Below are positions 1 to 9,907 of a DNA stretch of 23,945 nucleotides, piece after piece. Source of the DNA: Elainellaceae cyanobacterium. Its GTDB lineage: Bacteria; Cyanobacteriota; Cyanobacteriia; CAZCXK01. Numbering within the stretch: the stretch's first letter is position 1; every line of letters starts with the position of its first letter. The notes under the pieces were generated by a model. The model had not been told where the DNA came from and did no database searches. It was given only the letters and a program-made list of their open reading frames with translations. The stretch lies in the NCBI GenBank assembly GCA_051117555.1, contig JBNPEG010000134.1, positions 1-23,945 on the forward strand. Direction: 5' to 3'. Made by a program: the position numbers and the translations under genes.

Positions 1-29
1 CCTGTCCAACAGTTGGTAAATTAGCTCTT

Positions 30-86
30 GGGCGTGGGCAAGGATCTTCATGAGACTTGCAATTTATTGGTTCCACGCCCTTTTTT
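30..86 (+). terminator. Putative intrinsic terminator of an upstream transcript
   Basis: GGGCGTGG (30-37) pairs with CCACGCCC (73-80), enclosing an inner GCAAG/CTTGC stem, followed by T6 (81-86). Confidence 0.5.
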
Positions 87-409
87 CTCATTCCTGCTGC
101 CTAGGTGCAAGATATGAGTATATTCAATGAACAACCAAAACATTTTTGATGCCTCACTTTTGAGGAGCTACGGCCTATCAGAAATGCTCTAACTATCTAA
201 AAAGTGTCAGCAAAGTTGCCAGTCTCACCCGTGGATTCAACAGATTTAGAGAATGGATTCTGAATTATCTTCCAGAATTATGATTTACTATCAATATTGC
301 TGGTTGGCTCAGATTACGTCTTGACACAGCTAGCATAGTAGGGATTATGATGATCACCGTTTGGAACCTCAGGTTCTTTCAGCTGAGAAATGCAGGATGT
401 TAACGGCGT

Positions 410-1105
410 ATGCAAGAGCTCGCAACTATACCAGAATTTGACTTCGAGAGTGCGGCGTATAAGGACGCTTATAGTCGTATCAATGCCATTGTAATTGAGG
501 GTGAGCAACAGGCTCATGATAATTACATTCACCTTGTCGAGCTGTTGCCGGAGCATAAACAGCATTTAGAAAGCCTTTCTAAGATGGAGAATCGCCACAA
601 GAAAGGGTTTCAGGCTTGCGGTAAGAACTTGAACGTTACTCCAGATATGGAGTTTGCTCGCGACTATTTCGCTGCCCTACACGGCAATTTCCAAAGCGCC
701 TACGCAGAGGGTAAGGTTGTGCCGTGTCTGCTGATTCAATCGCTGATTATCGAGGCGTTTGCGATCGCAGCTTACAATATCTACATCCCCGTTGCAGATC
801 CGTTTGCTCGCAAAATCACTGAGCGTGTTGTTAAAGATGAATACATGCATCTCAACTTTGGTGAAGTTTGGCTAGGTGAGCACTTTGAAGAGTCTAAAGC
901 AGATCTAGAAGCAGCAAATCGTCAGAACCTGCCGATCGTGTGGAAAATGTTGAGCCAGGTTGAAGACGATGCGCGGGTGTTGGGTATGGAAAAGGAAGCA
1001 CTCGTCGAAGACTTCATGATCAGTTATGGGGAAGCATTGGGTAACATCGGTTTTACCACTCGCGAAATTATGCGGATGTCTTCCCACGGTCTTGCTGCTG
1101 CTTAG
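410..1105 (+). CDS. ado: Aldehyde-deformylating oxygenase (alkane biosynthesis)
   Basis: 231 aa with [23 protein letters not shown], di-iron ExxH motifs (ENRH, EYMH) and [18 protein letters not shown]; adjacent to aar. Confidence 0.97.
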   Translation: MQELATIPEFDFESAAYKDAYSRINAIVIEGEQQAHDNYIHLVELLPEHKQHLESLSKMENRHKKGFQACGKNLNVTPDMEFARDYFAALHGNFQSAYAEGKVVPCLLIQSLIIEAFAIAAYNIYIPVADPFARKITERVVKDEYMHLNFGEVWLGEHFEESKADLEAANRQNLPIVWKMLSQVEDDARVLGMEKEALVEDFMISYGEALGNIGFTTREIMRMSSHGLAAA

Positions 1106-1154
1106 TAGCTTTTCGGGCTCATTGTTACGAAAGATACCAATGACCTCTTGAAGC

Positions 1155-1182
1155 AGCCGCTCGTCCAGAGCGGTTATTTTTT
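1155..1182 (+). terminator. Intrinsic terminator between ado and aar
   Basis: AGCCGCTC-gtcca-GAGCGGTT hairpin followed by ATTTTTT. Confidence 0.7.
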
Positions 1183-1248
1183 ATTATGAGATTTCGGTAT
1201 TCTGTTTCTTCTCTACGTGTTTGAATGTTTTCTTAAAGCGAGTTATTT

Positions 1249-2280
1249 ATGTTTGGTCTCATTGGTCATCTGACTAGCTTGGAACATGCTCAAGAGGTCG
1301 CTCATGAGCTAGGCTACCCGGAATATGCCGATCAGGGATTAGATTTCTGGTGTTCTGCCCCTCCCCAGATTATCGACAAAATCACCGTTACGAGCATTAC
1401 AGGACAACAAATCGAAGGGCATTACGTCGAGTCATGTTTTTTGCCTGAAATGTTGACAAATCGTCGGATTAAGGCGGCCATTCGCAAAATCTTGAATGCT
1501 ATGGCTCATGCCCAAAAACATGGGCTTGATATCACGGCGTTGGGTGGGTTTTCTTCAATTATTTTTGAAAATTTCAACCTCGATCAGCACCGTCGCGTTA
1601 GAAATATCGAGCTAGAGTTTAACCGATTTACGACGGGCAATACTCATACGGCATATGTTATTTGTCGGCAGGTTGAGCAAGCCGCCGCCAAACTCGGCAT
1701 TGATTTGAGCAAATCAAATGTCGCCGTCTTTGGTGCAACCGGCGATATCGGCAGTGCCGTATGTCGGTGGCTTAATGTTCACGCCGATGTGGATGAGCTG
1801 TTTTTGATTGCTCGTAATCAAGAACGATTGCAAAACCTGCGAGATGAGTTAGGTCGTGGCAAGATTATGGGGTTGGAAGAGGCCCTTTGCCAAGCGGATG
1901 TCATTGTGTGGGTAGCGAGTACGCCACGAGGCGTTGACATCGATCCGCTATTGCTGAGAAAACCCTGTTTGCTCATTGATGGCGGATATCCTAAGAACCT
2001 TAAAACGAAGGTGCAGCACCCTGATATTTACGTTCTAGAAGGCGGCATTGTCGAGCATTCTCTCGATATTGACTGGAAGATCATGAAAATCGTCAAAATG
2101 GATATTCCAGGTCGCCAATTGTTTGCCTGCTTTGCAGAATCGATGTTGCTTGAGTTTGAAAAGTGGCACACCAACTTTTCATGGGGGCGGAATCAAATCA
2201 CCGTTGAAAAAATGGAGCAAATTGGTCATGCCTCTGTAAAACATGGATTTAAGCCCCATTTAGGATTTTTGGGAACGTAA
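1249..2280 (+). CDS. aar: Long-chain acyl-ACP reductase
   Basis: 343 aa; N-terminus [15 protein letters not shown], Rossmann motif GATGDIG, FACFAE catalytic Cys, FSWGRNQIT. Confidence 0.97.
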   Translation: MFGLIGHLTSLEHAQEVAHELGYPEYADQGLDFWCSAPPQIIDKITVTSITGQQIEGHYVESCFLPEMLTNRRIKAAIRKILNAMAHAQKHGLDITALGGFSSIIFENFNLDQHRRVRNIELEFNRFTTGNTHTAYVICRQVEQAAAKLGIDLSKSNVAVFGATGDIGSAVCRWLNVHADVDELFLIARNQERLQNLRDELGRGKIMGLEEALCQADVIVWVASTPRGVDIDPLLLRKPCLLIDGGYPKNLKTKVQHPDIYVLEGGIVEHSLDIDWKIMKIVKMDIPGRQLFACFAESMLLEFEKWHTNFSWGRNQITVEKMEQIGHASVKHGFKPHLGFLGT

Positions 2281-2281
2281 G

Positions 2282-2317
2282 CTGACGTAAGCGCTGACGA
2301 GTAATCTGACGAGCAAT
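2282..2317 (+). repeat. Three degenerate 12-bp tandem units filling the aar-PPTase spacer
   Basis: CTGACGtaagcg / CTGACGagtaat / CTGACGagcaat. Confidence 0.7.
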
Positions 2318-2320
2318 CTA

Positions 2321-3100
2321 ATGGGTATCTGGCGATCGCCTATCGAATATCCGCCACTATTAGAGGGTGAGGTGCATGTTTGGCGATCGCATTTTTCGTC
2401 TCATGTGTTGTCTGACGCCAATCTCAGCCAATTTGCTCAGGTTCTTGCAGCCGATGAGCAGGAGCGTGCACAGCGGTTTCGTAGCGATCCTCATCGCCAG
2501 CAGTTTATTGCAGCACGAGGGCTGTTGCGAATCTTGCTTGGCGATTATTTAGATATAGATCCAGCCCAGATTCAGTTTGTCTACGGAGATTACGGCAAAC
2601 CGCTCCTAAATGCCTCTAGCATGTCCCAAGCTTTGCACTTTAATCTGTCCCATTCTCATGAAATGGTGCTGTATGCCGTGACGCGCGATCGCCCCGTCGG
2701 CATTGACATTGAATATCTTCGTCGGGTGCAAAACGTAGAGCAGCTTGCCCATCGATTTTTCTCACCGATAGAGGCCGCGGCAATTTCAGCGCTTTCGCCC
2801 GATCAACAACAGACCGCCTTTTTTAATGGATGGACTCGGAAGGAAGCCTATCTTAAAGCGACCGGACGCGGATTAGCCGATTTAAGTGAAGTTGAGGTTA
2901 CGCTGTTGCCTAATGATCCGCCTCGTTTGATTACCCTTCCTGCACACTCTCCAGACTACTCAGACGTGTCCGAATCGCTAGGATCGGAATGGACGCTCCA
3001 TCATCTCAATCCTGGAGAGAGCTATGTAGGAGCGTTGGCGGTGCAGCAGTGCCCCCAGGTTCAGTGCTTGCACTGGTCGGCATCGCAGTTGAGATGGTGA
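2321..3100 (+). CDS. Sfp/HetI-type 4'-phosphopantetheinyl transferase
   Basis: Motifs YGKP, FNLSHS, VGIDIE and WTRKEAYLKATGRGL. Confidence 0.93.
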   Translation: MGIWRSPIEYPPLLEGEVHVWRSHFSSHVLSDANLSQFAQVLAADEQERAQRFRSDPHRQQFIAARGLLRILLGDYLDIDPAQIQFVYGDYGKPLLNASSMSQALHFNLSHSHEMVLYAVTRDRPVGIDIEYLRRVQNVEQLAHRFFSPIEAAAISALSPDQQQTAFFNGWTRKEAYLKATGRGLADLSEVEVTLLPNDPPRLITLPAHSPDYSDVSESLGSEWTLHHLNPGESYVGALAVQQCPQVQCLHWSASQLRW

Positions 3101-3120
3101 ATCTAAAGGTTTTAAGGTCT

Positions 3121-3738
3121 TTATAAGACATCTCGAAGGGCGACCCCAGCAAATATTAAAAACAACACTCCGCCGATTGCGGTTAGCGTTTTTTCTGAGA
3201 TTTTGCCACAGGCAAGTCGTCCACATGTGACTGCGATCGCCGCACAAATCGCATGCCCCAAAATCGCCCCGAGGGTAACTCCGATCGGGTCTTGAGCTGC
3301 TGCTAAGGTGATAGTTGCAATTTGCGTGCGATCGCCCCATTCTGCCAAAAACGTAAGCCCGAATGTCTCGGTCAAAATAATTGGAAATGTTTGATGATAA
3401 GATTGCCGTTTCTCGACGCGATCGATCGCTTCTTCAGCCTCATTACACTCATCAAACCCCGGTTGGCTCGTCATTTGATATGCGTCGTATAGAAGCTTTA
3501 ATCCAAACAGTGTAAAGAGTCCAATTTCGACATAGTCTACGTAGCGACCCGGAATAAATGACGCGACCTGCCCCACCAACACTGACAAAATGGTCATTAC
3601 AGCAAGTGCTGCAACAGCGCCTATAAACACCAGGCGGCGCGGATGGCGCATAGCAAGAATCGCTGCGATAAAAAATGTTTTGTCGCCCAGTTCTGAGACA
3701 GTAATTAATAATAAACCTGCTGTGAAGGCGGTCAACAT
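3121..3738 (-). CDS. TMEM165/GDT1 (UPF0016) family Mn2+/Ca2+ transporter
   Basis: Two E-x-G-D-(K/R)-T motifs (SELGDKT, AEWGDRT), hydrophobic helices and an upstream yybP-ykoY riboswitch. Confidence 0.93.
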   Translation of the reverse strand: MLTAFTAGLLLITVSELGDKTFFIAAILAMRHPRRLVFIGAVAALAVMTILSVLVGQVASFIPGRYVDYVEIGLFTLFGLKLLYDAYQMTSQPGFDECNEAEEAIDRVEKRQSYHQTFPIILTETFGLTFLAEWGDRTQIATITLAAAQDPIGVTLGAILGHAICAAIAVTCGRLACGKISEKTLTAIGGVLFLIFAGVALRDVL

Positions 3739-3825
3739 GCTCTCAAGCTCCTCATGAATCGGTGATTAAGTGAGCTTGATGAATGGACCAGCGCTTCACC
3801 AAGCTCACACATTATGTGAACTTAG

Positions 3826-3933
3826 TGAAGGTCTCGCTTACAAATTCGTTAAATACGCTTTGCCGCTTGAACCAGGCTCATCACCAGTATGTTGATTCAA
3901 GCGAGCTGGCACGCCAGCAGCTACTCCCCTTCA
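3826..3933 (-). ncRNA. yybP-ykoY manganese riboswitch aptamer
   Basis: Minus strand reads TGAAGGGGAGTAGC...TCAACATACTGG...GCGAGACCTTCA, matching the family hallmarks; lies 5' of a TMEM165/GDT1 gene, with TATAAT just upstream. Confidence 0.9.
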
Positions 3934-3944
3934 AATCTTGCCTC

Positions 3945-3950
3945 ATTATA
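3945..3950 (-). promoter_or_regulatory. -10 box of the riboswitch-TMEM165 transcript
   Basis: Perfect TATAAT on the minus strand ~11 nt upstream of the aptamer. Confidence 0.65.
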
Positions 3951-4005
3951 CCGGGTCATAGCTCCACACCCGATGACTTACTTTACGATTTCCTGACAAT
4001 GCCCG

Positions 4006-5295
4006 TCAGCGGTATACATCGAAAATGAGTTCTAGCCGCGTCTGAGCGGTGTTTAGGGCATGTTGAGGCGTATCTTGGCCGAGTAAGGCCGCTTCGATCG
4101 CCCGTCCAAGCTGCTCAGAGAGACGATTGTAACCCGGTAAAATCGGGCGCGATCGCCCATAGGAAGCTTGGTCAAGAAACACGCGAATGGCGGGCTGGTG
4201 GTCTACAAACTGTCGATAAGGTTCACTCTGACGAGCACGAAGATTCACCGGAAGATAGCCTGTTTCCATCGCCCATTGGGTTTGAAAGTCTTCGCTCAAC
4301 ACATACTCAGCAAAGGTTAGGGCAGCGTGTTCGGCGTCGGGATTGGTCTTAAAGATAAATAAATTTTCTCCACCCACAGCTGTAGCCTGTTGAGTGTTGG
4401 GTGGAATCGGCATCACGGCAAAGTCGACCCCCGTGTCTCGGAGTTGGCGGAGTGTCCACGGTCCGGTCAACTGCATGGCGACCCGACCCGCCAAAAAATC
4501 GTCTAGTTCATAGCCTCTCTCTGGCTGAGACAGGGTTGCGGAGCCATCTTTAACCAAATTTTGCCAAAACTCTAGAGCCGCGATCGCTTCTGGGGCAGCC
4601 AAATTGGGCTGTCCGGTGTTGGGGTCAATTAGATTACCTCCGGCGCTCCATAAAAACGATAGCCACATGAAGACCGTCCATTCGCCTTTTCCAAGCGGGA
4701 GGAGGATGCCGTATTGGGGCGAACTGCCCTCCGGTCGGCTAAGCTGCTGGGCGATCGCTCGAACGTCGCTCCACGATGAGGGAAGTTGGGTAATACCCGC
4801 GGCTTCGAAGAGACTCGGGCGATAAAAAATCCCGACATTGTTGACCCCAAATGGCACTGACCAAATGTGCCCATCCCACGTCATTGAGTCGAGTAGGGTT
4901 GGGTCAAGCTCGTTTGCGTTGGGCGATGTGGCAAACCAATCCTCCAAGGGACGAATGGCGTCGAGTTCAACCAACTGCCCCGTAATCATCGGAGCATACC
5001 AAAGCATCGAAGGTGGCACATCTCCAACCACGGCAGACAAAATCTTAGGCATTTGCTGGTCGCCCTGACCGATGTAGAGTGCGTCTACCTGAATAGACGG
5101 ATGGGTCTGGTTGAACTGCCCGACAAGCCGATTTAGCACGTCTCGATTAGGAGGCGGGTTTACCCCATGCCATAGCTTCAGGTGCGTCACACCCAGTTCT
5201 TGAGACATGCCTGCCTGGCATCCCGAAAGCATCAGACTCAAGTAGCCGATGATTGCCAGACTGACCACTCGTGCGATCGCTGCCCGTCGGGTCAA
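4006..5295 (-). CDS. Sugar ABC transporter substrate-binding lipoprotein (SBP family 1)
   Basis: Signal peptide with lipobox LSGC and SBP_bac_1-like motifs (FYRPSLFEAAGI, FLAGRVAMQLTGPW, GGENLFIF). Likely start is the TTG at 5295 overlapping the cupB stop (TTGA), or the ATG at 5340; the 5463 start is unlikely. Confidence 0.85.
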   Translation of the reverse strand: MTRRAAIARVVSLAIIGYLSLMLSGCQAGMSQELGVTHLKLWHGVNPPPNRDVLNRLVGQFNQTHPSIQVDALYIGQGDQQMPKILSAVVGDVPPSMLWYAPMITGQLVELDAIRPLEDWFATSPNANELDPTLLDSMTWDGHIWSVPFGVNNVGIFYRPSLFEAAGITQLPSSWSDVRAIAQQLSRPEGSSPQYGILLPLGKGEWTVFMWLSFLWSAGGNLIDPNTGQPNLAAPEAIAALEFWQNLVKDGSATLSQPERGYELDDFLAGRVAMQLTGPWTLRQLRDTGVDFAVMPIPPNTQQATAVGGENLFIFKTNPDAEHAALTFAEYVLSEDFQTQWAMETGYLPVNLRARQSEPYRQFVDHQPAIRVFLDQASYGRSRPILPGYNRLSEQLGRAIEAALLGQDTPQHALNTAQTRLELIFDVYR

Positions 5296-6425
5296 CCCTG
5301 GGCGTCTTGAATGCGTGATGATTGAAATCGATTCATCCATGTTTCGAGATAGGCTCGATTTTCGTGTTGCTGATCGGGGTCTGTTGTCGTTAGAGGATGA
5401 GGCGCAAGCCCTTGAAGTGCCGCCGTTGTCACGCAAAACATAGATTTCTGAAAGCTGATACAAATTTGCACCAGCAGGTCGTCCTCACCTCGAGTTGTCT
5501 GGCGATAGACCTCATGCAAATAGTCTGGGATGAAGTGGCGCATATCCTGCATCAGCAGAGTGGGCGGAATACCTGAGCCGCCTGTGGGTAGCGGATCGGC
5601 AAACAGCGCCCCGTATTGAAAATCACCCTGATACAGAGGGATTTGATATGCTTGAGCGTTGTAGGAGATCGTGCCTGGGAATGGCGTTCCTCTAAAGAAA
5701 ATCGCCTCCACGTATGGCACTGCTGTGTCTTTCAAAAAAGTTAACCCGGCTGATTCAGGAATGATGGGATAGAGGCGATCGCCAATTTCAACGTGATAGG
5801 TAATTGGCTGGGATGCAGCATTGACTAATCCATTCAAAATATGCTCAACAACCTCGGCAATGGATTGAATGTCTCCGCGATCATAGCGATCTGATAGATC
5901 CAAAAAAATATCACTCATGACCCGCCAAAATTGGCCTAGCCCGCTGTAATAGCACAGTTGACGCACCTGCTCCAGCAAGAAGTTAGGGAAGGCACGATTC
6001 ATGCCCAGCATCAGCCAGTTGTTCTTCACTTTGGCTTGAATAGCAGCCACGGCATCTCGCTCAAACTGCGGTGTATCGAGATAGGCATCGAGTCCTCCCC
6101 CGCCATGCCACAGCATCGTTTTCATGCAATATTCAGCGTATTCATAATTCAGCCGATCGTGCCACCAATGGCGCAATAGCTGCTGAATCGAAACCTTGCC
6201 GTTGAAATATTTAAAGAACGGAAATAAGACAAGAAACTGATGATTAGCAATGTAGATCAGATTGTTGGAATAGGCATCTAGGACGACTCCATAGCTTTTT
6301 AAGATGCCAACCACTTCTATCAAGTTTTGTGGAGTATCCACTAGCAACGCATCTCCAGTTTCGAGCCGATAGACATATTCGGCCAAAGGATGCCGGGAGG
6401 GTCCGATTTGGTTAGTGCTGACCAT
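5292..6425 (-). CDS. cupB: CO2 hydration protein CupB (ChpX)
   Basis: 377 aa (CupB size), LNYEYAEYCMKTMLWHGGGG and FFRGTPFPGTISYNAQAYQIP; follows ndhF4-ndhD4. Confidence 0.93.
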   Translation of the reverse strand: MVSTNQIGPSRHPLAEYVYRLETGDALLVDTPQNLIEVVGILKSYGVVLDAYSNNLIYIANHQFLVLFPFFKYFNGKVSIQQLLRHWWHDRLNYEYAEYCMKTMLWHGGGGLDAYLDTPQFERDAVAAIQAKVKNNWLMLGMNRAFPNFLLEQVRQLCYYSGLGQFWRVMSDIFLDLSDRYDRGDIQSIAEVVEHILNGLVNAASQPITYHVEIGDRLYPIIPESAGLTFLKDTAVPYVEAIFFRGTPFPGTISYNAQAYQIPLYQGDFQYGALFADPLPTGGSGIPPTLLMQDMRHFIPDYLHEVYRQTTRGEDDLLVQICISFQKSMFCVTTAALQGLAPHPLTTTDPDQQHENRAYLETWMNRFQSSRIQDAQG

Positions 6426-8004
6426 AACAAGCAGTGATTATCGAGCGTCTATAGAGTAGGGGGGCGACTTGAGAAATGGGCAGTTGGGGAGCGTTGATGG
6501 GGGGCGCGGCGATCGCCGGAACTGACGCATCAGGCTTTTTGACATCCCACTGTCCTGTCAGCAAGAAGGCCACCTGGGGTTCTGTCCATCGCACCAGCCA
6601 CGAGGGTTGAAGCCCCAATCCTAGGATAAATAATGCTAAGACAATTGCGGGTAGCCGATCAGACCACTTCACACGAGGCATATCTGCTAAATAGTCAGGC
6701 AGGCGACCAAAAAAAACTTTGTTGACCATCAGCAAAAAATAAACAGCCGTTAAGCCAGTGCCGATCATACAAAGCAGGGTTTGGACGGGGAAGATTGCAA
6801 AACTGCCTCTGAAGACGAGAAACTCTGCGATAAAGCCAACCATACCAGGAATCCCAGCGCTTGCCATCACCCCCATGATTAATAGGCTTCCGATGATTGG
6901 TAATCCCCTTTCTGGATTCAAGAGTCCTTTTAAGTAATTCACATCTCGACTGCCTGTCTTTTTGGCAACAACGCCGACCAATAAAAACAGCATGGCAGAA
7001 ATCAAGCCGTGACTAACCATTTGGGAGACTGCGGCAATGACGCTCAAGCGGGTGGATGCAGCCGTTGCTAGCAAGATGAATGCCATGTGGGCAATAGATG
7101 AATAGGCGACAACGTTTTTCATGTCTTGCTGGGCGATCGCGCAGGAAGCTCCATATAAGGCGCTAATCACTGCCCAGATTGCCAACCACGGCGCTAAGTA
7201 AGCCCAGGCATCGAGAAACAGCCCTAAACCGAATCGAAGCAATCCGTAGGTGCCCAGCTTGAGCAACACACCCGCTAACAGCACTGAGACGGGTGTTGAG
7301 GCTTCTACGTGTGCGTCAGGGAGCCAGGTATGGAACGGGAAAAACGGAATTTTGATACCGAAGCCGATGAGCAATCCGCTTAGCAACACAATCTGAGTGC
7401 CGAGGGGCATCGCTTGCGATCGCAACGTTTCATAATCAAAGCTCGATACCCCTGTGATCCAGGCAATTCCCAAGAAAGATGCCAACACAAAAATGCCTGA
7501 TATGGCGGTGTAGATCAGAAATTTTGTTGCAGCATAGCCGCGTTTGGCTCCGCCCCAGATGGCAATTAATAAATAGAGAGGAATCAGTTCAATTTCGTAG
7601 AAAAGAAAGAATAACAGCAAATCTTGAGCTAAAAATGCCCCAGCGACTCCAGCATTCAGCAATAGTATCAGAATGTAATAAAACTGAGGTCGTTGAATGG
7701 TGCGATCGGTGCTCCAGATAGCGATGATCGTTAATAGCGCATTTAAGAAAACTAGCGGAAATGACAAACCGTCTAGCCCAAGATGGTAACTAAGCCCAAT
7801 GGTGTTAACCCATAGCAGATATTCGGAAAAATGCATCGAAGGCATTCCCGGATTAAATTGAACCCCCAAAATAATCGTCCACACCCAGAGCGCGATCGCA
7901 ACTACTAGGGCGATCGCCCGATACGTACCAGGTTGAGACGTTTTGGGCATAATCCCGATGAGGACTGCTCCTAAAACGGGCGTTAAAATCAAAGCAGTGA
8001 GCAT
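6412..8004 (-). CDS. ndhD4: NDH-1 subunit NdhD4 (CO2 uptake, NDH-1(4))
   Basis: NuoM-like membrane protein (FHTWLPDAHVEASTP, LLKLGTYG, GLLNPERGLP) in an operon with cupB. Confidence 0.9.
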   Translation of the reverse strand: MLTALILTPVLGAVLIGIMPKTSQPGTYRAIALVVAIALWVWTIILGVQFNPGMPSMHFSEYLLWVNTIGLSYHLGLDGLSFPLVFLNALLTIIAIWSTDRTIQRPQFYYILILLLNAGVAGAFLAQDLLLFFLFYEIELIPLYLLIAIWGGAKRGYAATKFLIYTAISGIFVLASFLGIAWITGVSSFDYETLRSQAMPLGTQIVLLSGLLIGFGIKIPFFPFHTWLPDAHVEASTPVSVLLAGVLLKLGTYGLLRFGLGLFLDAWAYLAPWLAIWAVISALYGASCAIAQQDMKNVVAYSSIAHMAFILLATAASTRLSVIAAVSQMVSHGLISAMLFLLVGVVAKKTGSRDVNYLKGLLNPERGLPIIGSLLIMGVMASAGIPGMVGFIAEFLVFRGSFAIFPVQTLLCMIGTGLTAVYFLLMVNKVFFGRLPDYLADMPRVKWSDRLPAIVLALFILGLGLQPSWLVRWTEPQVAFLLTGQWDVKKPDASVPAIAAPPINAPQLPISQVAPLLYRRSIITACYGQH

Positions 8005-8038
8005 TCTATCGAATCTCCTTTGGTACCATTTCCCGCTA

Positions 8039-9907
8039 TCACAACCAGCCCGTCGTCCATCCCATGGTCAACACAAAAATAATGCTAAGACCAATTAAGA
8101 TGGTCAGAACATAGGCTTGAGATTGGCCCGATGCGCTATATCGGAGGGCTTGTCCGCTGAGCACCGTCGCCAATCCGACCAGGTTTACGGCGCCATCTAC
8201 GACATATCGGTCAAACCAGGACGTCAATTTAGCAGACGTGTTGACCAGCCATACCACCGTGAGGTTATAAAGGCGATCGATATAAAAGTCATACGCTAAT
8301 AAATCTTGCAGGAAACGCAATGAAACTCGGGTTGAACGGGCCCACGCTCGCCGCAGTTCGATGAACATTCCCAAGACAAACCCAATCAAACCTGACGCAA
8401 TCAGCAACGGTAACGCAACTTGAATAATTAGCTGATTTGCGTTTTGCAAGGGCGTGGTTGGGCTGAGCCAAAGCGTCCATCGCAACGGAATCAAGGGTGA
8501 AAGCAGTACGATAATGGTCAATGTCACCATTGGCACTGCCATAGGCCAAGCAATTTCCGGCGCCCGGCGCGTCTTTTCTTGAGGTGCTCCACAAAAGACC
8601 AGGCGAAAGACGCGAGTTAGGTTCAGCGCATTGAAGAAATTTACAAACACTAATACGCCGAGCAACCACCCCGGAACATGCCACACTCCACTCACCCATT
8701 GCTGCATGGTCCAAAATGTGCCCAGCGGAAACAGCACCACTAAGCTGGTAGCTCCCACTACAAACGCAGATGTCGTCGCAGGCATGCGAGACCAAAGCCC
8801 ACCCATGACGGTGATATTTTGATCATTTGTGGTTGAAATAATAGAGCCAACGCTCATAAACAACAGAGCTTTGGCGATCGCATGGGTGAGCAGCAGCAGC
8901 AGGGCAATATCAACTTGACCTAGGCCAACTGCAATGAATACCAAGCCCAGATATGCACTCGTTGAATGAGATAACGCCCGTTTTAGGTCAATCTGGGCGA
9001 TCGCCATCAATGACGTGCCAATTGCCGTAACCATTCCAATTAAAATCAGCGCATCTGCCGATACCGGTGATAGCGTAAACACAGGCTGTAGCTTAATTAG
9101 AACGTACGCCCCTGCAGAGACGACAATCGTATTCCTCATAATACTGGCAGGATTAGGACCTTCCATTGCCTCATCTAGCCAAAGATTCAGCGGAAACTGA
9201 GCACATTTGCCAGTCGGCCCTGCAATTAATGCCAATCCTAAGAGCGCGGCAGTTAGAGGAGTTAGCGACGATGTTTCTGCCCAATCTTGCAATTCTGAGA
9301 ACGACAATCCTTCCCCATAGCTGGATAGCGCCACAACCCCCATCAGCAAGATAATGTCACCCACTCGCTTAGTCAAAAAAGCATCTCTAGCCGCAGTGAT
9401 GACTAAAGGCTGAGCATACCAAAACCCGACCAATAGATAGGTCGATAAGGTCAGAATTTCAAGAAGCGCATAGCTGAGAAATAGCGAATCGCTAATTGCA
9501 ATACCGCTGAGGGACGCCTCGAAAAAGCCCATCAAGCCAAAAAACCGAGCCAGCGACCAATCTTTTTCCATATAGCCCAGCGCAAACACCTGAGCGAGAA
9601 GACTAATCCCTGTAACGAGTTCCATAGCTCCCAAGCTAATTGGTGAAATCTCAATTGCCAAAAACAGGTTGAGATCAGCAACTTTCAGCCACGGATAAAT
9701 TAACTGTTGAGGTTCCTGCTGCCAGATCAAGAAAAATGCTAACGAACCGTGCAAAAACGCCAAAAACGACAAAGCCAAGTTAATATATGCAGCCGGTCGA
9801 GGCCCAGTCCGTTTCACCGCTCCTACTGACCATGGCAGAGTTAAAAGGGCACCTAGCAAACTATAGAGAGGAATCAACCAACAGCTTTGCAGCAGAAACT
9901 GCGTCAT
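8039..9907 (-). CDS. ndhF4: NDH-1 subunit NdhF4
   Basis: NuoL-like (RTGPRPAAYINL, GKCAQFPLNLWLDEAMEGPNPAS, YDFYIDRLY) in an operon with ndhD4-cupB. Confidence 0.9.
   Translation of the reverse strand: MTQFLLQSCWLIPLYSLLGALLTLPWSVGAVKRTGPRPAAYINLALSFLAFLHGSLAFFLIWQQEPQQLIYPWLKVADLNLFLAIEISPISLGAMELVTGISLLAQVFALGYMEKDWSLARFFGLMGFFEASLSGIAISDSLFLSYALLEILTLSTYLLVGFWYAQPLVITAARDAFLTKRVGDIILLMGVVALSSYGEGLSFSELQDWAETSSLTPLTAALLGLALIAGPTGKCAQFPLNLWLDEAMEGPNPASIMRNTIVVSAGAYVLIKLQPVFTLSPVSADALILIGMVTAIGTSLMAIAQIDLKRALSHSTSAYLGLVFIAVGLGQVDIALLLLLTHAIAKALLFMSVGSIISTTNDQNITVMGGLWSRMPATTSAFVVGATSLVVLFPLGTFWTMQQWVSGVWHVPGWLLGVLVFVNFFNALNLTRVFRLVFCGAPQEKTRRAPEIAWPMAVPMVTLTIIVLLSPLIPLRWTLWLSPTTPLQNANQLIIQVALPLLIASGLIGFVLGMFIELRRAWARSTRVSLRFLQDLLAYDFYIDRLYNLTVVWLVNTSAKLTSWFDRYVVDGAVNLVGLATVLSGQALRYSASGQSQAYVLTILIGLSIIFVLTMGWTTGWL

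Noticed and set aside
3783..4028. 81-aa + strand ORF
   Set aside because: It is the antisense of the yybP-ykoY riboswitch and its promoter.
5296..5463. N-terminal extension of the SBP ORF given in the ORF track
   Set aside because: It overlaps cupB by >160 nt and precedes the signal peptide; the true start is near 5295 or 5340.
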